Positions 18,772 through 29,194 of a stretch of 64,000 nucleotides of DNA are shown piece after piece. Under the pieces are notes generated by a model. That model was not told the DNA's origin. It saw only the letters and a program-made list of their open reading frames with translations, and made no database searches. Source of the stretch: Bacteroidota bacterium (GTDB lineage Bacteria; Bacteroidota; Bacteroidia; AKYH767-A; 2013-40CM-41-45); assembly GCA_043783155.1 (NCBI GenBank), contig JAYVZS010000015.1, positions 34,825 through 98,824 of the forward strand, written 5' to 3'. Position 1 is the first letter of the stretch; each line of letters begins with the position of its first letter. Made by a program: the position numbers and the translations under genes.

Positions 18772-18862
18772 AGTGAAACAGTGTTTAAGTGTTAATCTGC
18801 CTGAGTGTTTAAGCAGTTACCGTCAAAACTTACGCACTTAAACACTTTTCTAAAACACTTTT
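18772..18862. repeat. Interspersed inverted-repeat element, copy 2: AGTGTTTAAGTG pairs over 12 bp with CACTTAAACACT, a second GTGTTTAAG lies inside, and a T-run follows.
   Basis: Direct read. Shares GTGTTTAAG/CTTAAACAC and ACACTTTT features with 7111-7208. Confidence 0.4.
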
Positions 18863-19927
18863 TCAAAAAAACTTCGGCATCTTGTTGAAATGCTTACTGC
18901 GTTGGCCTCTTTTTATTCCCGCAACATACGATAAAGTGAATTCAGGGCCGCCCGAAGATCCGGTAAGAGAAGAAAAGTCAGATGTAGTAAAATCATAACT
19001 AATCCCTAAACCAAATTCATTGTATTCCAAACGAGTCGCCAAAATAAATGCATCCCCAAGACGTAACCAAGCCCCGTAGCTAAAGAAAAAATCTTTCCGG
19101 TAATTGGTAAACTTTGATTTTATCTGCAAACGGTTTTTAGCAAATGTTCCTACTAAAGTCTCCTTTTGTTTCCCTTGAATCTGAACAAGAATTTTGGGAG
19201 CTATCCAGAATGAATTATACGCATCCATACTCAACTCGGCACTGCCATGAATTGCAATCCTGCTGTTCAGATAATCCTGGTTGTTGATAAAGAAAGACTG
19301 ATCAGGTCCCGAGAGGTGCGACATAGATCCTCCAACACAAATTGTATTGTTTCCATCAGGAATGTAATACCACATCAAACCTGCGGTGAAATCAAAATAG
19401 GTTCGTTGCTGAAGCGGCGGCGCTTCTCCTGTTAGAGTTGGATCATACACATTACCGTTCCACTGGCTGCCCCAGGTAGATTTGGTGAAATCGGCGGCAC
19501 GCGAATCAAGACCTCCCCGGAAACCGATTGATATAAAATTATCTCCATCATCAAGCGTGGTAGTATAGGCAAGAGCGCCTTCAATAATAGTATGAGTAAA
19601 TTGCGCTGCTCCGGCGTTGTCCTGGTAAATCATAAGCCCGCCACCGAAATAATTCTTTTTAAACCTCGATTTATTAAGAGGTAAATCAAGCGAAATATGA
19701 AATGTACTATATCCGCTTCCAACTCCCGCCCATTGAGAACGATAGTTATTTGAAACGCGGAATTTCCCGTCAAAGATTCCTGTCATAGCAGGGTTTACAA
19801 GTATCGGCGTAGAATAAAACTGTGAAAAGTGAACATCCTGCGCTCGCAATGTTACGCCTGCGAGTACAGCAGTTAACAATACAAATACCTTCATAGTTCT
19901 GTTTAATTTATGTACGATCCGTTTCAT
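18863..19927 (-). CDS. Type IX secretion system membrane protein PorP/SprF family
   Basis: Signal peptide and a beta-barrel-like sequence. Lies immediately downstream of a type B CTD cargo gene, the canonical pairing. Confidence 0.7.
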   Translation of the reverse strand: MKRIVHKLNRTMKVFVLLTAVLAGVTLRAQDVHFSQFYSTPILVNPAMTGIFDGKFRVSNNYRSQWAGVGSGYSTFHISLDLPLNKSRFKKNYFGGGLMIYQDNAGAAQFTHTIIEGALAYTTTLDDGDNFISIGFRGGLDSRAADFTKSTWGSQWNGNVYDPTLTGEAPPLQQRTYFDFTAGLMWYYIPDGNNTICVGGSMSHLSGPDQSFFINNQDYLNSRIAIHGSAELSMDAYNSFWIAPKILVQIQGKQKETLVGTFAKNRLQIKSKFTNYRKDFFFSYGAWLRLGDAFILATRLEYNEFGLGISYDFTTSDFSSLTGSSGGPEFTLSYVAGIKRGQRSKHFNKMPKFF

Positions 19928-19935
19928 TTATCAAC

Positions 19936-22020
19936 TTATCTTATGAGTGCAATCGTGCCAGTCATGGTTTCTGTTTTTGCTACCGTTTCACCTTCTTTTA
20001 AATCGTAGATGACTACTGCTGTATACGTATAAACACCTACCTGTAGCGGTTCTCCATTGTAAGTTCCATCCCATCCTTTTGCCTGATCTTCCGATTCAAA
20101 TATTTTTTCGCCCCAGCGATCGAACACGGTAAGACGTGCACTGAAAATATTATTTCCATTAATACGGAACACGTTATTGCGAGAATCACCTTCTCCGTTT
20201 GGAGAAAAAGCATTTGGAACATAAATTCTGCTCGTACGAATAATCTTAACAACCACCTGCCGGATGGTATAACAACCGCTTCCATCTCCGATGAGACAGT
20301 AATAAGTAGTGGTGTAAGCAGGCGAGGCAACCACATTCGGAATATCAGTGGCACTCAGTCCCCATTGGCTTGAATCAACTCCAGGCACAAACCAATTGTA
20401 AGTAGCTCCTCCGCCCGCATCTAAATGGCTGGAATCGCCGAAATTTATAGTCACATCATTGCTGATGGTGGCACTTGGAACACTTGTCACTTTGATTTGA
20501 GAATATTTATAAATTGAATCTGTACCGTTTCCATTGCTGACAGCAAGTGCAACATCGTACCATCCATCAGAAGTATAGCAGATATTTGTTGGATTCTGGT
20601 CGGTAGAAAAATCAGGGATAGCGCCGGGGAAATACCAATGCCATTCTGTTGGGGTGTTTGTGGAAAGATCGAAAAAGCTTTCACAAAGAGTGTCGCATCC
20701 TGTGGAATCCGAGAAACTAAAATCAGCGACCGGAGGAGGACAATAATTAACGCGAATATACGCTACCTTGGTAATCGTATCACCGCCGCTTGCATTCGAA
20801 ACAATAAGTGTAACCGTCTTCAGACCGGTGTCAGCATAACAAATGTTGGTTGGGTTCTGCACATTTGAGGTTGCAGGATTTGCGTTTGTGAAACTCCAAT
20901 GCCAGGAAGTAGGCGTATTCTGACTAAGATCCGTAAAATTTATACAATGATTTTGGCAGATGGCAGTTGAGGAAGCGACAAATTCGGCAACAGGAGACAC
21001 ACAACTTACAATGGTAATGTAGTTGGTTCTGCTGATTGTATCGGTATCAGAAGCATTGGCAGCAGCAAGCGTTACTGAATAGGTTCCTGGAAAAGAATAC
21101 GTAACAATCGGATTTTGTTGCGTAGAAAAAGCAGGTGTTCCACCTGAAAATACCCAGAACCAGCCGGTTGGGCTACCAGAACTAAGGTCCTGAAACTGGC
21201 GTGGCGATCCGGCGCATCCTCCGTTCACAGAATCAACCGAAAAGTTAGCTGTCACAGGAATTGCAGCAGAACTTAATTTAATATCATCCACGGCAAATGA
21301 TGGATTGGTGCCGGTAGCATCAGCGTTATTCTCCCAAAGAAATCCGATCTTAACGTTGGGATTATTATTTGCAGAAGCCGGAAGCGCATAACTGAATGCA
21401 GTCCAAAAACCGATTCCGGAACAATTGGTCGTAGATGTTTTAGGTGGATCTACCACTTGAGTCCAGGTTATACCATCGAAATACCAAAGCGTTGCATTAT
21501 CAGAAACAGAATCACCATTCTCGAAATAATTAAACCGAATGGTGATGTTGTTTTGGCCTGAACAATTAATAACAGGCGACTGTATTCTTTTATGTGTAGT
21601 AACAACAAAGGGTGGAGATCCTCCCGGATCGTATGTAGCTCCGCAATCTCCTGTCGGGCACAAAACATTTGCATTGGGAGAGTTGGGAACATTTCCTACG
21701 TGAAGGGTCTGGTTGCTGAGTCCCGGAGTTATATAGCATCCATCCCTGCAAGTGCCTGCAGGAAACCCGTTTTCTGCTGCACTGATGTACCACTCATTAG
21801 CGAAAACATCATTCGTTCCGGTAGACGAAATAGTCCAGGCCCCGTTAACAGGTGTTGCATTGATCGCCAATTGACCCTGGTTGCAGCCGGTGCCGAAAGG
21901 TTCGTTCCAGAAAACCTGGGCAATTGAATGATGCAGAAAACCAGTACACAAAATAAGCATCGTAAAGATGATTTTGCGAAGCACAATGATTCCACTCAGC
22001 GATCTATGTTTTGTATTCAT
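19936..22020 (-). CDS. T9SS cargo protein with PKD-like repeats and type B C-terminal domain (gliding motility-associated C-terminal domain)
   Basis: Repeated PKD-like modules (CxN..TD.S.N.P.SW.W.F). C-terminal ~95 aa YVPNAFSPNGEGDSRNNVFRINGNN...VFDRWGEKIFE..GWDGTY matches the type B CTD. Confidence 0.75.
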   Translation of the reverse strand: MNTKHRSLSGIIVLRKIIFTMLILCTGFLHHSIAQVFWNEPFGTGCNQGQLAINATPVNGAWTISSTGTNDVFANEWYISAAENGFPAGTCRDGCYITPGLSNQTLHVGNVPNSPNANVLCPTGDCGATYDPGGSPPFVVTTHKRIQSPVINCSGQNNITIRFNYFENGDSVSDNATLWYFDGITWTQVVDPPKTSTTNCSGIGFWTAFSYALPASANNNPNVKIGFLWENNADATGTNPSFAVDDIKLSSAAIPVTANFSVDSVNGGCAGSPRQFQDLSSGSPTGWFWVFSGGTPAFSTQQNPIVTYSFPGTYSVTLAAANASDTDTISRTNYITIVSCVSPVAEFVASSTAICQNHCINFTDLSQNTPTSWHWSFTNANPATSNVQNPTNICYADTGLKTVTLIVSNASGGDTITKVAYIRVNYCPPPVADFSFSDSTGCDTLCESFFDLSTNTPTEWHWYFPGAIPDFSTDQNPTNICYTSDGWYDVALAVSNGNGTDSIYKYSQIKVTSVPSATISNDVTINFGDSSHLDAGGGATYNWFVPGVDSSQWGLSATDIPNVVASPAYTTTYYCLIGDGSGCYTIRQVVVKIIRTSRIYVPNAFSPNGEGDSRNNVFRINGNNIFSARLTVFDRWGEKIFESEDQAKGWDGTYNGEPLQVGVYTYTAVVIYDLKEGETVAKTETMTGTIALIR

Positions 22021-22090
22021 CGTATCCTTAAAAAAGTGAAGTAATTTACAACTATTTTAGAAATCACAAATAAAATTTTATGGAGATTAA

Positions 22091-22993
22091 CTAATAAGAA
22101 TCGGCAAATTTATAAATGTTAAATTCAGATGCAAGGGTTGCTTTTTCGATTGTTTGATACAACGTTACCTTATTTATCCCTCTCATTCTACTCTTTTGAA
22201 TAATACGGTAGGCCTTTTCTGTAAGCAAATAATTTTTTTTCTCACTGCCCGCAGCCGACCGACGATGATTTTCAAGCTGCTTCCACAGTTCTTCAATTCC
22301 GGTCCCGAAGGTAGCGGAAACTTTGATGACCGGCGTTATCCATTCTGAAGCAGGATGCGAATGAACCATTTTTTCAAGGTGATGAGCAAAACTGTCGGCT
22401 CCTTCCCTGTCCGATTTGTTGACCACAAAGATATCCGCTATTTCCATAATCCCTGATTTCATTGTTTGCACCTCATCACCCGCTTCCGGAACAAAGACGA
22501 CCACGGTGGTGTCTGCCAGCCCCGCAATTTCAACTTCAGATTGACCGACACCTACCGTTTCAACAATAATCAGATCAAAGGAAGAAGCTTTCATCACATC
22601 TACTATCTCAATTGTTTTTTCTGACAATCCTCCCAATGATCCACGCGTTGCGATGGAGCGGATAAAAATATTTTTGTCGTTAAAATGTTCACTCATGCGA
22701 AGCCGGTCGCCCAGCAACGATCCGTAATTAAAAGGTGATGTAGGATCAATCGCAAGAATCGCAATTTTTTTACCTGCAGCAGAAAGAAATCGGATCAATG
22801 CATTGATGAGCGTACTTTTACCGGCTCCCGGCGGACCGGTGAACCCGATCACCGGCACCTTTTTTTTTTCGTTCAGTGAAAATAAAATTTCCCTGTAACC
22901 ATCCAGTTCATTTTCCACCATCGTAATGGCACGGGCAACCGCTTTCCAGTCGCCGGCACTCATCAATGAAAATAGTTCTGTATTCGTATTCAC
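22091..22993 (-). CDS. meaB: Methylmalonyl-CoA mutase-associated GTPase MeaB/ArgK
   Basis: P-loop GFTGPPGAGKST and G-protein motifs (VETVGVGQSE, NKSD). Confidence 0.85.
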   Translation of the reverse strand: MNTNTELFSLMSAGDWKAVARAITMVENELDGYREILFSLNEKKKVPVIGFTGPPGAGKSTLINALIRFLSAAGKKIAILAIDPTSPFNYGSLLGDRLRMSEHFNDKNIFIRSIATRGSLGGLSEKTIEIVDVMKASSFDLIIVETVGVGQSEVEIAGLADTTVVVFVPEAGDEVQTMKSGIMEIADIFVVNKSDREGADSFAHHLEKMVHSHPASEWITPVIKVSATFGTGIEELWKQLENHRRSAAGSEKKNYLLTEKAYRIIQKSRMRGINKVTLYQTIEKATLASEFNIYKFADSY

Positions 22994-23093
22994 AAAAGAA
23001 TTTTATTCACCTTTCGCAAAGGAACAAGAAAGAAGAGTGTTCTCAAAAAATAAATTGGAAATATCTCTAACTTGCAAGCGTTAATAACTTCAC

Positions 23094-23861
23094 ATGATCA
23101 AACTGTCTGTTGTCATCATTACCTTCAACGAAGAACAGAACATTGAACGCTGCATCACTTCAGTGAAAGAGGTTGCGGATGAGGTGGTGGTGGTCGATTC
23201 TTTTTCAACCGACGCAACGGAAACGATCTGTAAGAAACTCGGTACACGGTTCGTTCAGCATATTTTCGAAGGACATATTGAGCAGAAAAATTTTGCTGCC
23301 GGTCTCGCTTCATACGATCATCTTCTTTCTATTGATGCTGATGAGGCCTTGTCGGAAAAACTGAAAGCATCCATTCTTGAGGTGAAAAATAACTGGCAAT
23401 GCGAGAGTTATTCAATGAACCGGCTCACCAATTATTGCGGACAATGGATCAGGCATGGTGGCTGGTATCCCGATCGTAAGATCCGTCTCTTTGAAAAAAG
23501 AAAAGGGAAATGGGGGGGGCAAAATCCGCACGACAAATTTCTTCCTGACAATCCTTCAACGACCGGTTTTCTAAATGGTGATTTACTTCATTACTCCTAT
23601 TATTCTATTGAAGGTCATCTTGCGCAGGTAAATAAATTTACCGAGATCGCAGCCGGAAGCGCGTTTGAGGCGGGTATCCGTTCAGGCATTTTGAAATTAA
23701 TTTTCAGACCCGTTTTTAAATTCATCCGCGATTACATTTTATTGTTTGGCTTCCTCGACGGTTATTACGGTTTTGTGATCAGCAGAATTTCCGCGAACGC
23801 TACTTTCCTGAAATATGTAAAGCTTCGTGAACTTTATAAGAAATCAGGAAAATCACAGTGA
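23094..23861 (+). CDS. Glycosyltransferase family 2 (LPS core, KdtX/WaaE-like). It contains a G8 homopolymer at 23512-23519.
   Basis: LSVVIITFNEEQNIERC...VVDSFSTD...DADE GT2 motifs. Confidence 0.8.
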   Translation: MIKLSVVIITFNEEQNIERCITSVKEVADEVVVVDSFSTDATETICKKLGTRFVQHIFEGHIEQKNFAAGLASYDHLLSIDADEALSEKLKASILEVKNNWQCESYSMNRLTNYCGQWIRHGGWYPDRKIRLFEKRKGKWGGQNPHDKFLPDNPSTTGFLNGDLLHYSYYSIEGHLAQVNKFTEIAAGSAFEAGIRSGILKLIFRPVFKFIRDYILLFGFLDGYYGFVISRISANATFLKYVKLRELYKKSGKSQ

Positions 23862-24883
23862 TAAATTTGAATCCTCATCGCATTGTGATTAGCAGAACCG
23901 ATTCAATCGGCGATGTGATTCTTACGTTGCCACTCACCGGATTATTAAAAAAACAGTTTCCAGGATGTCACATTATTTTTTTCGGAAGAACCTATACCCA
24001 ACCGGTCATTCATGCCTGCAAATACGCAGATGAATTTATCAACTATGATGATTTCGAAAAACTGGAGAAATCAGGAAGAAAAAAATTTCTGAAGAACCTC
24101 GATGCTGATGCAATCATTCATGTTTTCCCACGACGCAGTATCGCGGAGGCATCAAAAGCCGCTGGAATAAATCTTCGCATCGGTACCACAAGCCGGATTT
24201 ATCATTGGTGGACATGCAATAGTCTGATTCCGTTGAGCAGAAAAAATTCTGACCTGCACGAAACTCAGTTGAACGCCAGACTTCTTGTCCCATTCGGAAT
24301 TAAAAGTGAATTTCAACGGAACGATTTGAAAGATTATACCGGGCTGTCGAAAATCAGTCTCTTGCCAGTGGAATTGAAAAAGGATTTGTCAAAAGAAAAA
24401 TTCAATCTGATTCTTCATCCAAAATCGAATACCAGCGCGCGCGAATGGAGTCTGGAACACTACAGTGAATTGATCCAATCACTATCTCCGGAAAAATTCA
24501 ATATCATCATCACCGGTACTGAAAAAGAAAAATCGTTAATCGCTGCCTGGCTGAAATCATTGCCGGCATACGTTCATGATTATGCAGGAAAGCTGACACT
24601 TGGCGAATTAATTTCATTCATTCACGATTCAGATGGATTGGTTGCAGCGAGTACCGGCCCTTTGCACATAGCAGCAGCATTGGGAAAACACGCTCTCGGA
24701 ATTTTCCCTCCTATCCGGCCGATGCATCCGGGGAGGTGGGCGCCTCTTGGCAAGCATGCTGAATTTTTAGTTGCTGATAAAACCTGTTCCGATTGCCGAA
24801 ATAATCCGTCACACTGCCATTGTATGAATGAGATTACATCGAATGATGTTGCGGAAAAAATTCTTGGTTGGAAAAAAAATTAG
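23858..24883 (+). CDS. Glycosyltransferase family 9 (LPS heptosyltransferase-like)
   Basis: GT9 architecture (ISRTDSIGDVILTLP ... GPLHIAAALG). Confidence 0.75.
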   Translation: MINLNPHRIVISRTDSIGDVILTLPLTGLLKKQFPGCHIIFFGRTYTQPVIHACKYADEFINYDDFEKLEKSGRKKFLKNLDADAIIHVFPRRSIAEASKAAGINLRIGTTSRIYHWWTCNSLIPLSRKNSDLHETQLNARLLVPFGIKSEFQRNDLKDYTGLSKISLLPVELKKDLSKEKFNLILHPKSNTSAREWSLEHYSELIQSLSPEKFNIIITGTEKEKSLIAAWLKSLPAYVHDYAGKLTLGELISFIHDSDGLVAASTGPLHIAAALGKHALGIFPPIRPMHPGRWAPLGKHAEFLVADKTCSDCRNNPSHCHCMNEITSNDVAEKILGWKKN

Positions 24884-24926
24884 AATGGGCTTAAAAAATA
24901 ATAGTCCGTATTTCATTGAGAAAATT

Positions 24927-25040
24927 TTCACGCAGAGAACGCTAAAGCGGAGGGGACGCTGATCTATCGGCGAACCGTGTGGGAAAAATATTTGGGAAAA
25001 GATCATTTGAAGTTGATCTCTTCTTCTCAATGCCCTCCGC
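24927..25040. repeat. Structured element beginning TTCACGCAGAG, closed by an 8 bp long-range stem GCGGAGGG/CCCTCCGC with an internal hairpin AGATCA/TGATCT. Related to 7861-8011.
   Basis: Direct read. Shares the TTCACGCAGAG leader with the element downstream of sod. Confidence 0.35.
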
Positions 25041-25078
25041 GGGAAATCAGATGATGATTTGAATTTTTGAACTGGCTT

Positions 25079-26659
25079 CTAATCTTCAGAAATCACTTCA
25101 CTTCTTCGAAACAAAAACAGCGAGCTAAAGAAAGCGAAGAAGGTTACGCCCGTTTGTGTTTCCAGTGTATCCTCAGTAAACATGGACAAAACAACAATGA
25201 GCCAGAAAATGAAATAGAAATAGTCATGGTATTTTTTTCTGTAGAATAAAGGATAGAACAAAGCAAAAATAAAATAAGCAAGCCCGATGAATCCAAACGC
25301 AACCGTAATGGCAAGAAATTGATTGTGCGCCCTGAATCTCCATACAGGGTTGAGCGTTGAATTCGTTTTTTCATATTCCAGTTTGTAAGCTACAGGCATG
25401 TCGCCAGTACCCACGCCAGTCAACGGGTGCTCGCGGATAATTCCACCGGCCACCTTCCAGAATTCCAGACGTTGCATAACGGAATGTCCGTTCACATCGC
25501 CAGTGGTCATAAACTGGTCGTACTCCCAGACGATCTTCAATGCACGCGCCTTTATACTCGACATGTCCTGATAATTTACATTTGCAATTCCTTTCTCGAT
25601 GGAATGAACTTCCGTGCCTGAAAGATGACGAACTGCATCCCCGTCTTTTCTCCATCCTTTTGAAGTCAGAAAACGAAGAAGGGTATACTTAACAGGTTGT
25701 TCCCGCAAATCAAGTGAATCATAGTTGCAGACGCTTCGTGCATTCCATTCCTTTTTCATTTCATCTTCGCAAACATAAATCCATATCGGGTAACCGTTTT
25801 CTCTTTGTGGCTCCGACAGGGAAAATGAATACGGATTCCCGCCAGATGTTCTCGCATTCACATCGACAGGAACATCCTTCTTTACATAATACTGATTTGA
25901 AATTTTTTGAGCGAAAAAAAACAACGAAACCGGAATCAGAAAAGCGGTGATGACAAAAATTATTTTGACGAAAGCATTTCTCTGGACGAATGCGCGCTGA
26001 AGAAGAAGTAAAAAACCGACTATAACGGCAACGAGAATTCCGGTAACCGATTCCATGATGACCAGGAAAATAAGCAACCAGATGATGAGTGCAACACAAC
26101 CCATTTTCAAATACGTATTCCATGTATACCGGCCCGAGAGCAGGAAATAAAGCAAAGTGAAAATGACGAGGCAGATAAACAAAGCAAAACGAATGTGCGA
26201 AATATGAAAAATAAAAATATCACGGATGTCAGTAATCTCACCATGAATAATTCCGGTGAGAACAGCCATGCTAACCAGTGTTCCGGCAAATACGGATGCA
26301 ATGAAAAAACCCATCACCAGCTGAAAATGTTTTTTGGATAAAGGTTCGGTTCCGCCAATGATGAATGGCAAGATGAACAACGGTGATTTGATGCGGATGT
26401 CTTTGAACCCTTCAGCATAATCCGTTGTCCAGAGCAGGCCGATGAAGTGCATCGCTAAAATTCCAGTGAGGATGAGCGCCGGCTTGTTGCGCAGATAACG
26501 CCTCAGTTTTTCAGTTGCATTTCCCTCCGCAAAAAACGAAACACCGAGAACGATCTGTGAAAAACTCGTTACGAAAAGAGACAAAGGCAAACCGCTCACG
26601 AGGAGGATGAGACCTAAAATATACAAATGATTGGAGCGAAAAAGTACCGGTTTAATCAT
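25079..26659 (-). CDS. O-antigen ligase / O-antigen polymerase family membrane protein (12 or more TM segments plus a periplasmic loop domain)
   Basis: Polytopic membrane protein next to the GT2/GT9 LPS genes. Family call from architecture only. Confidence 0.55.
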   Translation of the reverse strand: MIKPVLFRSNHLYILGLILLVSGLPLSLFVTSFSQIVLGVSFFAEGNATEKLRRYLRNKPALILTGILAMHFIGLLWTTDYAEGFKDIRIKSPLFILPFIIGGTEPLSKKHFQLVMGFFIASVFAGTLVSMAVLTGIIHGEITDIRDIFIFHISHIRFALFICLVIFTLLYFLLSGRYTWNTYLKMGCVALIIWLLIFLVIMESVTGILVAVIVGFLLLLQRAFVQRNAFVKIIFVITAFLIPVSLFFFAQKISNQYYVKKDVPVDVNARTSGGNPYSFSLSEPQRENGYPIWIYVCEDEMKKEWNARSVCNYDSLDLREQPVKYTLLRFLTSKGWRKDGDAVRHLSGTEVHSIEKGIANVNYQDMSSIKARALKIVWEYDQFMTTGDVNGHSVMQRLEFWKVAGGIIREHPLTGVGTGDMPVAYKLEYEKTNSTLNPVWRFRAHNQFLAITVAFGFIGLAYFIFALFYPLFYRKKYHDYFYFIFWLIVVLSMFTEDTLETQTGVTFFAFFSSLFLFRRSEVISED

Positions 26660-26774
26660 ACCGATGTAGTCATGTTCAAGGTGTGTTTACTGTGAACGGG
26701 AAAGAATGGAAAATATTGAATGGTGAAAATGCAATTTCGTTTGTTAACAATTGAACCCGCCGGCAATATGACAA

Positions 26775-28502
26775 TTATTTTTTCAACGTTTCAGTGCTCG
26801 CCTTGAATGTGCCGTTCAAAACAGAAGCATACATCGAACTATTATTCAACAATTCAACTGCTTTCAAAATTTCTTTGTCGTGATCAAACATTGCTTCGAT
26901 ACGCCCTGCCTGGTAATAATACCTCAAAGCAATTTCTTCTTCGAGCAGTTGGAGTATCTCCTGCTTATTTTTCTGCACGTCCTCTTTTTTATTGTGCATA
27001 AGTTTTGACTTTAACGCTTCGAATTCCGGCTTCACATCCGTAAAATATTTTTCATCTTCTGTATTCTTTTTTAAATCCTCCATCGCCTTTTCGCTCTTTG
27101 TTTCATAATCATACTCTTTGTCGGCAATGAATCCCTGGAAATCATTAAAGTCATTATCTGTAAGGTGAAATTCCTTGGCCGGAACAATAGAAGGATGAGC
27201 AACCCGGTAGCGCGTTGCATAATCAAAAATCAGATTCTTACTGAGAAGACTGATGGATATATTGCTGAATTTCTGAGCATCCATAGCAAAATCAGGAAGC
27301 ACACCTCCGCCATCTAGCACTTTTCTCCCGACTCTTGTTTTAAATTCCGTCATCAGCGAATCAGGAACTTTACCAACGATTCCGTTTTCATTGCGATGCG
27401 TGTAATCGAGCGCCTGGATGCATCGTCCGCTGGGTATATAATATTTTGCAGTCGTAATTTTCAGTTGTGTGTTATAACTGAGCTGCCGTGTTGACTGCAC
27501 CAATCCTTTCCCGAATGTACGTTGCCCGATGATAACACCTCGATCGAGATCCTGTAGCGAACCGGCAACAATTTCAGAAGCGGAAGCCGAGTTGCTGTTC
27601 ACCAGCACTGCCAGCGGCATATCAGCATCCACTGCATTGTTAATCGCTTTGTACGTTCTGTCCATTTCGTGAAACCTTCCGCGAGTGGTCACAATGTCTT
27701 GTCCGCGGTTCACAAAAACATTCGAAATATTAACCGCTTCGTTCAGCAATCCTCCCGGGTTCGAACGCAGATCGAATACAATACCTTTCAATTTATTTTT
27801 TTCCTTCAGCGACTTCAACGCCTCCGCCACATCTCTCCCTGAATTTTCGGTAAAGCCCGTCAGCTTGATATAGCCGATATTTTCGTTGATCATACCGTAA
27901 TACGGAACGCTTTTTACCTTGATTTCTTCACGTGTAAGAATTTTTTCAAGGGGATTATTTTCTCCGTCTCTTTGTATCAATAAACGAACATTGGTTTTCG
28001 GCTGACCTTTCAGCAACTTACTCAGTTCATCCGTCTTTTTTCCTTTTACAGACTTGCCATCCACTTCTAATATTACATCGCCGGGACGAAGGTCAGCGCG
28101 TTGTGCAGGGAATCCTTCATACGGTTCGCTGATGGCAATGTAATCTCCCTTTTGCCGTATGAGCGCTCCGATGCCGCCATACTGGCCGGTTGTCATGAAA
28201 CGATAATCGTCCATCTCCGACTCAGGAATAAAATCGGTGTACGGATCAAGGGAGGCGAGCATGCCATCGATACCCTTCTTCATCAGTTTCGACGGGTTGA
28301 TTGAATCCACATAGTGTGTATTCACTTCACGAAAAAGTGACGTGAAAATATCAAGGTTCTTCGACACTTCGAAGTAATCATCTACAAAACTATAGGTAAC
28401 AACCGAACTTGCGGCAACTGCAATCAGAACAACCGCAATTTTGTATTTCTTAAAAAATTTTTTTATCGTTTTCATTCTATATCCGTTTTCAATTCCTTTC
28501 AT
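26775..28502 (-). CDS. S41 family C-terminal processing peptidase (second copy). The likely start is the internal ATG (MKTIKKFF...).
   Basis: PDZ region plus S41 catalytic motifs (SASASEIVAGSLQD, GKGLVQ). Confidence 0.85.
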   Translation of the reverse strand: MKGIENGYRMKTIKKFFKKYKIAVVLIAVAASSVVTYSFVDDYFEVSKNLDIFTSLFREVNTHYVDSINPSKLMKKGIDGMLASLDPYTDFIPESEMDDYRFMTTGQYGGIGALIRQKGDYIAISEPYEGFPAQRADLRPGDVILEVDGKSVKGKKTDELSKLLKGQPKTNVRLLIQRDGENNPLEKILTREEIKVKSVPYYGMINENIGYIKLTGFTENSGRDVAEALKSLKEKNKLKGIVFDLRSNPGGLLNEAVNISNVFVNRGQDIVTTRGRFHEMDRTYKAINNAVDADMPLAVLVNSNSASASEIVAGSLQDLDRGVIIGQRTFGKGLVQSTRQLSYNTQLKITTAKYYIPSGRCIQALDYTHRNENGIVGKVPDSLMTEFKTRVGRKVLDGGGVLPDFAMDAQKFSNISISLLSKNLIFDYATRYRVAHPSIVPAKEFHLTDNDFNDFQGFIADKEYDYETKSEKAMEDLKKNTEDEKYFTDVKPEFEALKSKLMHNKKEDVQKNKQEILQLLEEEIALRYYYQAGRIEAMFDHDKEILKAVELLNNSSMYASVLNGTFKASTETLKK

Positions 28503-28534
28503 TCAAAATTTACAATTCACCATTTATAATTTCA

Positions 28535-28768
28535 CTAAGGGACAGGATCATGTCCGTGTTTTCCCCATGGATGACAGCGAAGAAAACGTTTCAGCGTGAG
28601 ATACCCGCCTTTGAAAGGGCCGTATTTACCGATGGCTTCAATTCCATAGTGCGAACATGTTGGTGTGTAACGGCACGATGCCGGAAGCAACGGTGAAATA
28701 GCTCCCTGGTAAAAGCGAATGAAAGCAATAAAAATTTTACTCAGCATGTTTTTTAAAACCTTCTTCAA
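28535..28768 (-). CDS. yidD: Membrane protein insertion efficiency factor YidD
   Basis: Conserved CRYxPTCSxY motif ([16 protein letters not shown]). Confidence 0.8.
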   Translation of the reverse strand: MKKVLKNMLSKIFIAFIRFYQGAISPLLPASCRYTPTCSHYGIEAIGKYGPFKGGYLTLKRFLRCHPWGKHGHDPVP

Positions 28769-29153
28769 AGCGGAGCAAAGTTAGTTTTAATTTTTTCTCG
28801 ATTTCCTCGAACGACAGTTTGGTTTTACCGGAGAAAACAATCATGATGGCACATTGAGTTTGCTCCTTCTTCAGCAACGCATAAACCGTTGATTTATTTT
28901 TCCGGTACACTTCTCTGAGTTGCCTTTTAATGCGGTTTCGATCCACCGCTTTTCGAAAATTTTTTGCCGGAACACTGAATACAACCTGAACAGGAAAATC
29001 GGATGGGAGAATGGTTTCCATCCAGATCAACCGAAAAGGAACGACAACAAAACTAGTCCCTTTCTCAAAAAGCTCCGCGATGATTTTGCGACTCGACAGC
29101 CGCTCGTCTTTCGTAAATGTAAATCGTGTTGCAGGGAGTGTCATTCTTGACAT
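28737..29153 (-). CDS. rnpA: Ribonuclease P protein component
   Basis: RNR motif region ([14 protein letters not shown]). Overlaps yidD. Confidence 0.8.
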   Translation of the reverse strand: MSRMTLPATRFTFTKDERLSSRKIIAELFEKGTSFVVVPFRLIWMETILPSDFPVQVVFSVPAKNFRKAVDRNRIKRQLREVYRKNKSTVYALLKKEQTQCAIMIVFSGKTKLSFEEIEKKLKLTLLRFEEGFKKHAE

Positions 29154-29194
29154 TGAAAAAACAAACTGTGGATTGTGGACTATCGACCGTTGAC

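Noticed and set aside
22858-22870. T11/A11 homopolymer inside meaB
   Set aside because: A/T homopolymers of this length are common in AT-rich genomes and the run encodes a plausible Lys-rich stretch (..NEKKKVPV..). It is far less diagnostic of phase variation than the G8 tract.
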